This document shows, one piece after another, positions 26,775-34,724 of a stretch of DNA of 64,000 nucleotides. A program made the position numbers and the translations under genes. The number at the start of each line of letters is the position of its first letter. Within the stretch, counting starts at the first letter, position 1. Origin of the DNA: an uncultured Candidatus Saccharibacteria bacterium (lineage in GTDB: Bacteria; Patescibacteriota; Doudnabacteria; UBA920); NCBI GenBank assembly GCA_964490395.1, contig CAZBAS010000002.1:127291-191290 (forward strand), in the 5' to 3' direction. The notes under the pieces were generated by a model, which saw nothing but the letters and a program-made list of their open reading frames with translations, searched no databases and was not told the DNA's origin.

Positions 26775-26902
26775 AGGCGACACTAATCTATAAATTACAC
26801 ACGAATGATACGAATAATTAAGAACAACATTTTGCTTATAGAGAAAGGTTAGCTCGAATTATTCGTGTAATTCGGATGGTTCATTCGTAGATTCGGGTCG
26901 CT
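26775..26902. repeat. Intergenic element, family 1, copy 3 (GGCGACACTAAT...CACGAATGATACGAATAATTAAG...CGAATTATTCGTGTAATTCGG...GGGTCGC).
   Basis: Same end structure and core as copies 1 and 2. Internal inverted arms. Confidence 0.75.
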
Positions 26903-27170
26903 AAATGTTTTCAACGCCCGGATACTTTTCCAAAAGCGTGTTCAGAGTCATTTGAGCAATTTGTCCAGACAGGGTCATGTATTCGTTTGCCACGCCCTTA
27001 AGCACTACGCGAGGGTCGCCCGCCATTTCTAACACCTCACCATCATCACCAATTTTAAGATTTGGCACTTTACGCGCTTTATCAAGGGCTATGTTTGGAC
27101 CAAGCATTATCATCTGCTTCTTTATAAGGTCCGAAAGCATTTTTTTGTAACTTGCTATGTCGTCTGCCAT
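26901..27170 (-). CDS. Hypothetical small protein (89 aa).
   Basis: ORF preceded by an extended -10 motif. No recognisable domain. Confidence 0.45.
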   Translation of the reverse strand: MADDIASYKKMLSDLIKKQMIMLGPNIALDKARKVPNLKIGDDGEVLEMAGDPRVVLKGVANEYMTLSGQIAQMTLNTLLEKYPGVENI

Positions 27171-27197
27171 GTCTTTGAGCTTAAATCTATGTGTTTT

Positions 27198-27206
27198 TAG
27201 TATACC
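27198..27206 (-). promoter_or_regulatory. Extended -10 element TGGTATACT (minus strand) upstream of the 89-aa gene.
   Basis: The 16-mer GTTTTTAGTATACCACA is near-identical to the one at 31051-31067. Confidence 0.4.
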
Positions 27207-27225
27207 ACATGCAAAGCAAAGCTTT

Positions 27226-27309
27226 GGTAATGTCTAATTTCTAATATTCAATTTCTAATGAGCCGGACTGTCTTCCATTAGACATTAGGAATTAGAAATT
27301 AGACATTTC
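27226..27309. repeat. Word-palindrome, family 2 (AATGTCTAATTTCTAAT ... CATTAGACATTAGGAATTAGAAATTAGACATTTC), copy 1.
   Basis: About 80-90% identical to the copies at 28686 and 30411. GCCGGAC-type loop. Confidence 0.8.
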
Positions 27310-27317
27310 TTCAGACA

Positions 27318-28667
27318 CTAGTCCCCTCGTTTGTAGTCTGAGACGCTAAACTCGCGCATGCGGCCAAAGCCGAGTGAGTCGCGAATAACATCCTGGGCAA
27401 AGAATGCGGGACACGGCAATATTACATCTGCCCCGCGTTGTCCGCTTCCGCTCCCGAGCGCAGCGCGCTCGCGGGCAACTGACCATTCTTCCTGCGTATA
27501 TTTTTCGTTAATTTTATCTAGTGCTGCAGTAACTTTAAACCGGCGGTTCACCTCGGGAAACAAACTGAGCTGCTGCGCCAGAGGGCGAAGGCCAAATGCC
27601 GTAACCCCCACTCGGTAGATGGTTTCCGGCCACGCTCCTTCGTGCTCCGCCAAAATGGCATGGCGAGCCGCAGTAAATATATCGCGGCCCACCGCAATGG
27701 GAATTCCCAGTTGCCGCTGACCTCCGTGGTGAGCATAGTCTTTGTCCATAACATGAGCAGCCAACCCAGTAGCGCCCATACCAAGAGCGCGGAGCCTGCG
27801 GGCCACCATTTCCGAAAGCCGATACAGCACCTTTTCCGCCACTCCGACCCTAGTTCGGTACTGCTGCGCTACGGTATACATGTGGCCCACAGACTTTATA
27901 GGAGCGGCTTCGGCAAAACTTTCGTGCCACAAGCCCTCAAGCTGGCCCATGCTGTGTAAGTGATAGCCCATAATGCCGAACCAGTGCACCAAGTGTCCAA
28001 GTGGGCAATCGCGCAGGTCTGCAAGAGTGCGAATACCTTTTTGCCCCAGTCTCCGCGCTTGCCTATTGCCAATGCCTGGTATATCCACCAAGGTTAAACG
28101 TTTGTACAAAAACGGCTTGTCCTCTGGCCGTAGCACCGTAAGCCCGTCCGGCTTTTGCATGTCCGAACCTATTTTTGCTATAAGCTTACTCCAGCCAATG
28201 CCCACTGAGCAGCGCAAATAATCCCCCACTTCTGTCTTCATCCTTTCTTTAATCTCCCTCCCAATCCGCGCTGCCTCTTCGTATGGATCAACCATAGTGC
28301 GTCGAGCGTCTCCGGATTGACTTTCGACGTTCGTTACTCTTGTAACGTCCAAAAACGCTTCGTCTATGCTATACCGCTCTATGTCCTTGGTATAATCCTC
28401 AAACACTTTTAAAAACCGCGCAGTATAGTACCTATACCGGTCTGGGTTGGTCGTGGTAAGAATAATGTCCGGGCACAGTTTCTTCGCCTCCCATACTGGC
28501 GTACCCGTCTTAATGCCCCACCGCTTTGCCTCCACAGAAGGAGCAATGATAATCCCACCCAAATGTTCGCACACCCCCAGCGGCTTACCCCGCCACGCCA
28601 AATTATCCTGCTGTTCGCAGGAAGCAAAGTAACTATTCATGTCTATATGCATGATGATGCGAGGCAT
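27318..28667 (-). CDS. dinB: Y-family DNA polymerase (DNA polymerase IV-like) with a C-terminal extension.
   Basis: N-terminus HIDMNSYFASCEQ matches the DinB/UmuC catalytic motif. Palm, finger and little-finger layout; 449 aa. Confidence 0.8.
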   Translation of the reverse strand: MPRIIMHIDMNSYFASCEQQDNLAWRGKPLGVCEHLGGIIIAPSVEAKRWGIKTGTPVWEAKKLCPDIILTTTNPDRYRYYTARFLKVFEDYTKDIERYSIDEAFLDVTRVTNVESQSGDARRTMVDPYEEAARIGREIKERMKTEVGDYLRCSVGIGWSKLIAKIGSDMQKPDGLTVLRPEDKPFLYKRLTLVDIPGIGNRQARRLGQKGIRTLADLRDCPLGHLVHWFGIMGYHLHSMGQLEGLWHESFAEAAPIKSVGHMYTVAQQYRTRVGVAEKVLYRLSEMVARRLRALGMGATGLAAHVMDKDYAHHGGQRQLGIPIAVGRDIFTAARHAILAEHEGAWPETIYRVGVTAFGLRPLAQQLSLFPEVNRRFKVTAALDKINEKYTQEEWSVARERAALGSGSGQRGADVILPCPAFFAQDVIRDSLGFGRMREFSVSDYKRGD

Positions 28668-28685
28668 AAGGTGAGGAAATGTCTA

Positions 28686-28776
28686 ATTTCTAATACCTAA
28701 TTCCTAATGGTCCGGACATTCTTATATCTTTCATTAGACATTAGAAATTAGATATTGGTCATTTCCTACATAGTAT
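28686..28776. repeat. Word-palindrome, family 2, copy 2 (loop CTAATGGTCCGGACATTCTT).
   Basis: About 90% identical to the copy at 30411-30500. Confidence 0.8.
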
Positions 28777-28887
28777 ACGACCGTACACCGTACGTCAACA
28801 AAGAAAAAAGCACCCTATAAAAGGCGCTTGCGATAAATAAAGTGGGTCGGGAGCTATTACAGATGACCATGTACAAACTAGGGCCGA

Positions 28888-29997
28888 TCAGTAAACAATA
28901 CCAATAATTTTTTGGTTTTGAGGGAAAAGTGGACGAGGATTAGTAAGCATGCCCTGGCTTACTGTATACATAGTGGTTTTTTCGATAGTCTGGATAATTA
29001 TTTTTTTCTCATCCGGTAGCGGCCAAAAACTATACGCCCTCGCATCGGGCAGCTGATCGCCACGTATGTAAGGGATTACCTTTTTAGTGGCTACATCATA
29101 CGCATTAATCCCACTCGTTTGACCATTGTGAAGCAGGTCTTGCCCATATATGTAGTTGAATTGCTGTGCAGAGGCAGGAGTGCTAAAAAATAGTTTCTTA
29201 TTACTGGGTGACCACATGAGCTTACAAAATTGACCGTGCGTAATCCCACTGGGGGCCTTAAGTACATCGTTGGTATCGCCGGCGCGCAAAACACCATAGG
29301 ATAAAGTTTTGATTGACGAATTCTCAGGTGAAGGTGTCGCAGAAATAATTTGCTCCAGCGTAGACGGACTACGCTGAAAATCGACAATTGCAAGATACGA
29401 GTCCCCTTCTTTTACGACATATGTTGCTAAGTATTGACCACTAGGTGAAAGTGCGAGACCGTCCGTACAGTAAGCCCTAGCCAATCCATTATTCCCTGAG
29501 TCATCAAGCTGGAAAAGCGGCGCGTTACTTCTCTCCTGTACCGCACTAACCCCCTGCGCCGCTAAGTCAACCACACGTGCCGAAGAAGGCACTGCTGAAT
29601 AATTGACGGTATTCACCCGAAGAAACCGACCGTTCGCACTCACACTCACCGTAAGGTCTGCAGGCGATTGCAGTGCATCCGTATACCATGTATTAATTAC
29701 ATTATGAAACCAGTCACCCCGTACATACCCTAAATTATGATAGAGTAATTTATTATATTCACCACGGGAGTCCACATACCCTACATATTCGTTATTCGGC
29801 TTTTTTATATCACCAACTACAATCCCTTGTACTTGTAGCTCTTGTAAGATACTTTTCTGTTCAGAGGACAATGAAAAAACATAGAAGGGATTCTCTACAC
29901 CAGAATAAGAATACCAGTACTTGCCATAGACAAATAAGAACAATAGCACCAGCACACCGATAGTGATGAGAATCTTATATCTTAGGCGAATTTGCAT
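28888..29997 (-). CDS. Membrane-anchored secreted hypothetical protein, possibly beta-propeller (TolB-like) repeats.
   Basis: N-terminal TM. Repeated ..SPSGQYLA../..DG..-like strands. Weak. Confidence 0.4.
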   Translation of the reverse strand: MQIRLRYKILITIGVLVLLFLFVYGKYWYSYSGVENPFYVFSLSSEQKSILQELQVQGIVVGDIKKPNNEYVGYVDSRGEYNKLLYHNLGYVRGDWFHNVINTWYTDALQSPADLTVSVSANGRFLRVNTVNYSAVPSSARVVDLAAQGVSAVQERSNAPLFQLDDSGNNGLARAYCTDGLALSPSGQYLATYVVKEGDSYLAIVDFQRSPSTLEQIISATPSPENSSIKTLSYGVLRAGDTNDVLKAPSGITHGQFCKLMWSPSNKKLFFSTPASAQQFNYIYGQDLLHNGQTSGINAYDVATKKVIPYIRGDQLPDARAYSFWPLPDEKKIIIQTIEKTTMYTVSQGMLTNPRPLFPQNQKIIGIVY

Positions 29998-30021
29998 GCA
30001 ATATGTAGAGTCCTTTTGAGA

Positions 30022-30399
30022 TTATTTCTTTGCCAGTTGTTGGCGGCGTTCGACGTGGCGTTTTTTGTGGAAGAGGAAGATGGCGAGTGGTATAAAGAGG
30101 TAGCCCAAGGCGAAGCTTGGGTCTATGAGTACGCGCCAGCCCACCATGGGAGTGGCTACGGCTCCGTCCCCTATGAGTTCTAGTAGGAGCCAGAGGACCA
30201 TTACCACCACGGCCTCAAGCATGGTTATGAACCCCAACCGGCGGACCAGTGCGGTGGTAAGGACCCATACTATGAGCCAGTACACAACGTGGAGGTCAAA
30301 ACTTCCGGCCCAGGTGAAGTAGCCAAACAATACTATTTTCAAGATAACCAGAACAGCAGCGAGCAATATACCAAATCCGAAGAGCTTTTTGTAAGTCAT
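30022..30399 (-). CDS. Small polytopic membrane protein (4 TM).
   Basis: ORF with four hydrophobic helices. Confidence 0.4.
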   Translation of the reverse strand: MTYKKLFGFGILLAAVLVILKIVLFGYFTWAGSFDLHVVYWLIVWVLTTALVRRLGFITMLEAVVVMVLWLLLELIGDGAVATPMVGWRVLIDPSFALGYLFIPLAIFLFHKKRHVERRQQLAKK

Positions 30400-30410
30400 T
30401 ATGTAGAATG

Positions 30411-30500
30411 CAATGTCTAATTTCTAATATCTAATTCCTAATGGTCCGGACATTCTTTTGTCTTTCATTAGACATTAGGAATTAGAAATTGGACATTTCT
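30411..30500. repeat. Word-palindrome, family 2, copy 3.
   Basis: AATGTCTAATTTCTAATATCTAATTCCTAATGGTCCGGACATTCTTTTGTCTTTCATTAGACATTAGGAATTAGAAATTGGACATTTC. Confidence 0.8.
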
Positions 30501-30503
30501 TGT

Positions 30504-31019
30504 TTACGAGACACTTTTGCGGGCGGCGGACTTGCGGGGTGCGCGCTTGGAGACAGTCTTTGCTTTTGCCATTACTGGAATGGTGCGGCTTGGAGTGCTC
30601 TCTTGGTCAGCACTACCGCCAAACCGAATTGTATTTTCTTCAAAAAACCGAAGTCGTGGCGGGGTTTTTCCTGCAGAGGTATTTTCCATGGCAACTAGGT
30701 CGTCTATTTCCCAAGAATCCTCAGATGAACCACGCTTAGATGAAACTGACTGGCGTATCCAGCCAAACATGCTGCGGGTAGTTCGCTCTTCGTATATGGC
30801 AGCGTACCACACTAGTCCAAGCCATATACCATACCAAGCGCCAAACACTACTGCTATGGCAGTAGTCACTACACCCAGAGCCTCTGCAGATAGACTGCTT
30901 ACATCAGCGCCTATGAGAAACGCAACTAAAAACGCTGCGCGCTGGAGCATGAGGAATAGCAACACCCCAAGCACCATGGAAAGAAATATATAAAATGATT
31001 TTCTGGTATTTTCGCTCAT
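30504..31019 (-). CDS. Membrane protein with a basic C-terminal tail. Sits where mreC/mreD usually lie.
   Basis: 3-4 TM helices then a K/R-rich tail. Immediately downstream of mreB. Confidence 0.4.
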   Translation of the reverse strand: MSENTRKSFYIFLSMVLGVLLFLMLQRAAFLVAFLIGADVSSLSAEALGVVTTAIAVVFGAWYGIWLGLVWYAAIYEERTTRSMFGWIRQSVSSKRGSSEDSWEIDDLVAMENTSAGKTPPRLRFFEENTIRFGGSADQESTPSRTIPVMAKAKTVSKRAPRKSAARKSVS

Positions 31020-31056
31020 ACCTTTTTTGTTTCTTAAGTTATGTAAATTTGTTTTT

Positions 31057-31065
31057 AGTATACCA
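31057..31065 (-). promoter_or_regulatory. Extended -10 element TGGTATACT (minus strand) upstream of the 30504-31019 gene.
   Basis: Same 16-mer as at 27191-27206. Confidence 0.4.
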
Positions 31066-31084
31066 CAAAAATCTTAAAAGCAGG

Positions 31085-31235
31085 AAGATTTTTTAAATTG
31101 CAAGTACCAAATAACAAATCACAAATAAATTCCAATATAAAAATTCAAAATTCTAAAAAAGTATAGTCTTAGTTTGGAATTTGGGTTATTGAATATTGAG
31201 ATTTGTTTGAAATTTGATGCTTGTTATTTGGAATT
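31085..31235. repeat. Word-palindrome singleton (CCAAATAACAAATCACAAATAAATTCCAAT ... GAATTTGGGTTATTGA...TTGTTATTTGG).
   Basis: Inverted arms around the centre AAAAAAGTATAGTCTTAG. Confidence 0.65.
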
Positions 31236-31249
31236 TTCAGCAGTAAGCC

Positions 31250-32278
31250 TTACTTAATACTGAGTATGCTTCGCTTATAACTATCTAAGTTATCCAAGGC
31301 AACTCCAGTCCCCTTTGCAACGCACAAAAGCGGGTCTTCTGCCACAAAACACGGCACACCAATGGCCTGCGCTATGTAACGGTCAAGGTTTCGCAGCTGC
31401 GCTGTACCACCAGTCATAACCATACCTTTGTCTATAATGTCGGCAATAAGCTCTGGAGGTGTATCTTGCAATACCGTTTTAATGGCACGGACCATTTCTT
31501 GCAAGTCTTCGGTGAGTGCATCTACAATTTCATTCGCGCCCACAGTCGTAGTGCGAGGAAGACCGGTAATAATGTCTCGTCCTTTTGTCTCCATTACTTC
31601 CTCTTGAGGAAGGTGTACTGCACTGCCAATAGTAATTTTTATTTCTTCAGCTGTGCGCTCGCCAATGGCAAGACCATGTTTTTTCCGTACATAGTCGGCA
31701 ATGCTCTGGTCAAGCCTATTCCCGGCAACACGGACTGAGGTAGAAGTAACAATACCACCAAGTGAAAGTACGGCAACATCGGTAGTACCGCCACCAATAT
31801 CTATAACTAAGTTTCCTGCAGCGCTACCAATAGGAATACCAGCACCAATAGCTGCAGCAACAGTTTCTTTTATAACAAAGGCTTGGCGCGCACCTGCACT
31901 ACGTGCAGCATCGAGCACTGCGCGACGTTCTGTAGAGGTCACACCCCCGGGCACGCTAATCATTACTTCTGGTCTCAGCAACCTAAACCCAGTAAGCGCT
32001 TTGTTTATAAAATAGCGAAGCATGGCTTCTGTGACGCGATAATCTGCAATAACGCCATCGCGCATGGGCCTGCGTGCCACAATAGTTTCAGGCGTACGGC
32101 CAAGCATATCCTTTGCTTCTTGCCCTACTGCAAGTACACGATTATCATCCAAAGTAATGGCAACAACCGTAGGTTCGTTTATAACAATCCCCCGCTGCGG
32201 CAAAAAAACCAGCGTGTTCGCCGTTCCTAAATCTATACCAATTTTATTAGAAAACCATTGAGACATGAGAAAATGCAA
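31250..32278 (-). CDS. mreB: Rod-shape-determining protein MreB.
   Basis: Actin-fold motifs IGIDLGTANT and DIGGGTTD. 342 aa. Confidence 0.9.
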   Translation of the reverse strand: MHFLMSQWFSNKIGIDLGTANTLVFLPQRGIVINEPTVVAITLDDNRVLAVGQEAKDMLGRTPETIVARRPMRDGVIADYRVTEAMLRYFINKALTGFRLLRPEVMISVPGGVTSTERRAVLDAARSAGARQAFVIKETVAAAIGAGIPIGSAAGNLVIDIGGGTTDVAVLSLGGIVTSTSVRVAGNRLDQSIADYVRKKHGLAIGERTAEEIKITIGSAVHLPQEEVMETKGRDIITGLPRTTTVGANEIVDALTEDLQEMVRAIKTVLQDTPPELIADIIDKGMVMTGGTAQLRNLDRYIAQAIGVPCFVAEDPLLCVAKGTGVALDNLDSYKRSILSIK

Positions 32279-32287
32279 AATTTAGAA

Positions 32288-32495
32288 TGCAGAATTATGA
32301 ATTATGAATCAAAATTGCCAATAGCTTGAAAATTCCCCAAAAATAAGTAGGGCCTTGCTTAATTCATGATTCTTGCTTCATGATTCTATCCTAGTATACC
32401 AAACGCGGGCACATTGTAATAGCCCCATAAAAACGCTATAATATAAGGACTTTCATGCATAATTCTGCATTCTTCATTCTAAATTCTGCATTTAT
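32288..32495. repeat. Word-palindrome, family 5 (TAGAATGCAGAATTATGAATTATGAATC ... GCATAATTCTGCATTCTTCATTCTAAATTCTGCAT).
   Basis: Inverted arms at 32288-32330 and 32455-32495. The ~130-bp central region contains AGTATACCA (32393-32401) and TATAAT (32436-32441) and is the divergent promoter region for mreB and the 32496 gene. Confidence 0.7.
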
Positions 32496-33779
32496 ATGAC
32501 TCGCAAATCACGGTATGGACTTATTGTGGCAGGGATACTCATATTTGCCATTGGGGCGCCTTTATTAGTGCTGTACGTACAGGGTAAAACTATTCATTTA
32601 AGCGGTACCCGAACGCAGCTAACAGGCATCATCTCCGTAGAGACCTCCCCCTCCGGAGCCAAGATTACAGTAAACGACGAGCAAAAGACCAGCACGCCAG
32701 GAGCAGTGCGGTTTTTGGCATCCGGTGACTATACTGTAAGCCTGTCCAAGAGTGGCTACAGAACTTGGAGCAAGCGCCTGGCAGTAATTGCCGGTAGAGT
32801 CACTCATGTAAACCCAAACCCTGCCCCGCTCGTACTTTTAAAAGATGCGCAGCCTGCTACCTTAGCAACAGAAACAAGCCTGTACGCAACCGATGGCAAA
32901 ATTATTTACTACACCTCGGGCGAACCAAAACTCATACTGCTTTCCAAAGAAGATTTTTCAGAACTACAGAGTGTTGTGCTTCCTGGACCGGCCACAGCCC
33001 TTACTGCAGATACCGACTCGAACTCGGTGCTTGTTACGGGTAGTGGGTTTGTGGTTGTAATAGATGGCAAATCGCTCAAAGTGACGGACTATTCAAAAAA
33101 CTTCAGCACTATTCAAAATCTGGTGCTTATCAAGGGCAAGCTCTGGGGTATAGACAAAAACAACCAACTCGTAGTAAGCAACACAGCTAGTACCCCTGCA
33201 AGCATGACAACACAGTCTACCGTAGCGTTCTCCATCAAAGAAAACGACGTGTACTACCTTACCTCCGAAGGGATACTGCACCATGCTACGTTTAATGGTA
33301 CTAGCCTGGACCAAGACCAAATACTCGCCAGCAACATACCTCGGGGGACACAAACCGAAATATTTACGGACTCAGCCAAAGCCGCATATGTCCTCACAGA
33401 TAAAAAACTGCTGAGGATAAACACTACGGCATCAGAAATAGCTAGCAACGTTACCCAAGTAAGCGTAACAAGCGGCACACTAAGCTATACCACCCCAGGA
33501 GAACTTGCTTGGTTTAACAGCTCTACAAATAAGTCACAGCTCATCTCTCGCAGCAGCCAAACGTTTACTGCATTTTATGTAGACCCAGGTTTGCAATATG
33601 CATTTTTTACCCAAGGAGCAGAACTCGTTGCGCTTGAGCTAGACGACAACTCCGGCCAAAACAGGTACAGCTTAGATTTAGGCGCAGCAAATACAAGCCT
33701 TACTGACCTACTTCTCATAAACAATACAACACTCCTCTACCGAGACGGCAGTTCTTTAAAAAGCCTTACTGTTCGATAA
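32496..33779 (+). CDS. Secreted PEGA-domain protein.
   Basis: N-terminal TM/signal. PEGA-like block SPSGAKITVNDEQKTSTPGAVRFLASGDYTVSLSKSGY. Long Thr/Ser-rich beta-rich remainder. Confidence 0.5.
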   Translation: MTRKSRYGLIVAGILIFAIGAPLLVLYVQGKTIHLSGTRTQLTGIISVETSPSGAKITVNDEQKTSTPGAVRFLASGDYTVSLSKSGYRTWSKRLAVIAGRVTHVNPNPAPLVLLKDAQPATLATETSLYATDGKIIYYTSGEPKLILLSKEDFSELQSVVLPGPATALTADTDSNSVLVTGSGFVVVIDGKSLKVTDYSKNFSTIQNLVLIKGKLWGIDKNNQLVVSNTASTPASMTTQSTVAFSIKENDVYYLTSEGILHHATFNGTSLDQDQILASNIPRGTQTEIFTDSAKAAYVLTDKKLLRINTTASEIASNVTQVSVTSGTLSYTTPGELAWFNSSTNKSQLISRSSQTFTAFYVDPGLQYAFFTQGAELVALELDDNSGQNRYSLDLGAANTSLTDLLLINNTTLLYRDGSSLKSLTVR

Positions 33780-33797
33780 GGCCGGGTAAAACAATAA

Positions 33798-33838
33798 AAC
33801 AATGGGCACCCCGATATTACATCGGGGTGCCCATTGTT
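33798..33838. terminator. Bidirectional terminator hairpin AACAATGGGCACCCCGAT-ATTAC-ATCGGGGTGCCCATTGTT.
   Basis: 18-bp perfect stem between convergent genes. Outer stem is shared with the hairpin at 9057. Confidence 0.7.
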
Positions 33839-33852
33839 GATAACATTACATA

Positions 33853-34266
33853 CTAGCCTCGCGCATCCAAAGCCTTGTTTACCTGCGCGTCCGCTTCCTT
33901 GTTGTACTCACGGCGCACATGTGTAAATACCACACTCGCAAAATTACCTTTCAGCCGAATAACTTTTTGAGCTAACTCTTGGAGGGTGGGCTCTTTTATT
34001 TTATATAGGCCCTGCATTTGCTTTACTATGAGCTCGCTGTCCATGCGCACTAGGAGATCTGTGGCGCCCATATCACGGGCAGTTTCTAGGGATTTAATGA
34101 GCGCGCTGTATTCTGCCACATTATTTGTCGTTTCTCCAATATACGCGCCATGTTCAAAAATAATATTCTCTTGTTCATCGCGAATAATAACTCCAATCCC
34201 TGCAGCACCGGGGTTACCTCTACTTCCTCCGTCCGTATTTATGATAAGTTTTTTCATTGTAAGCAA
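33853..34266 (-). CDS. rnhA: Ribonuclease HI.
   Basis: INTDGGSRGNPGAAGIGVII and DEDD-type catalytic residues. 137 aa. Confidence 0.8.
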   Translation of the reverse strand: MLTMKKLIINTDGGSRGNPGAAGIGVIIRDEQENIIFEHGAYIGETTNNVAEYSALIKSLETARDMGATDLLVRMDSELIVKQMQGLYKIKEPTLQELAQKVIRLKGNFASVVFTHVRREYNKEADAQVNKALDARG

Positions 34267-34724
34267 GCTTGTTAGCTAGTTAGCTGTTTAGCTAATTAGG
34301 GAAAATTACGTCTTTAAGTTTCCTACCATGGTATTCAACATGCGCATTACTTCACCCAATAAGCCATCCACAGTAGTATAATCCAATTCTTTACCAAAAG
34401 GTAACCTCTTTACTAATTCTATCTGGGTTTCCAGCTCGGCACCCGACCCATAGGCAATAGTCAAAAAACGAGACAACTCGGCCTTTGAAGTCCGCCGGCG
34501 CCCTTCAGCGATATTGCTCGGAATAGATACCGCACACCTTCTACTCTGAGATACTAGACCATAAAGCTCTTCCTTAGGGTAGAATCCGGTTAAAACGTAG
34601 ACAGCCACCGCAAGGTCCATAGATTCTTGCCAGACAATTAGGTCTTTATAACTATGAATTTGTTCATTCATAATGTTTTTCCTAACAAGCTAAACAGCTA
34701 ACTAGCTAAACGGCTAAGAAGCTT
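34267..34724. mobile_element. IVS-like unit: a four-helix-bundle protein gene enclosed by a ~30-bp inverted repeat of family 3 (AGCTAA words).
   Basis: Left arm AAGCTTGTTAGCTAGTTAGCTGTTTAGCTAATT at 34267-34297. Right arm CTAACAAGCTAAACAGCTAACTAGCTAAACGGCTAAGAAGCTT at 34683-34724. They share the 22-mer AGCTAAACAGCTAACTAGCTAA in inverted orientation. Confidence 0.6.
34306..34671 (-). CDS. Four-helix-bundle protein (TIGR02436; 23S rRNA intervening-sequence protein family).
   Basis: Block YGL.SQ.RR.AVSIPSNIAEG..R.S..E..RFL.IA.GS..ELETQ is characteristic of the family. 121 aa. Confidence 0.7.
   Translation of the reverse strand: MNEQIHSYKDLIVWQESMDLAVAVYVLTGFYPKEELYGLVSQSRRCAVSIPSNIAEGRRRTSKAELSRFLTIAYGSGAELETQIELVKRLPFGKELDYTTVDGLLGEVMRMLNTMVGNLKT

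Noticed and set aside
27226-30500. The regularly recurring TCTAAT/AGCTAA/GAATTATGAAT repeat blocks considered as a possible CRISPR array.
   Set aside because: The repeats are the two arms of palindromes, not direct repeats separated by unique spacers of uniform length. Each block sits in its own intergenic gap with genes between blocks, and no cas genes are present.
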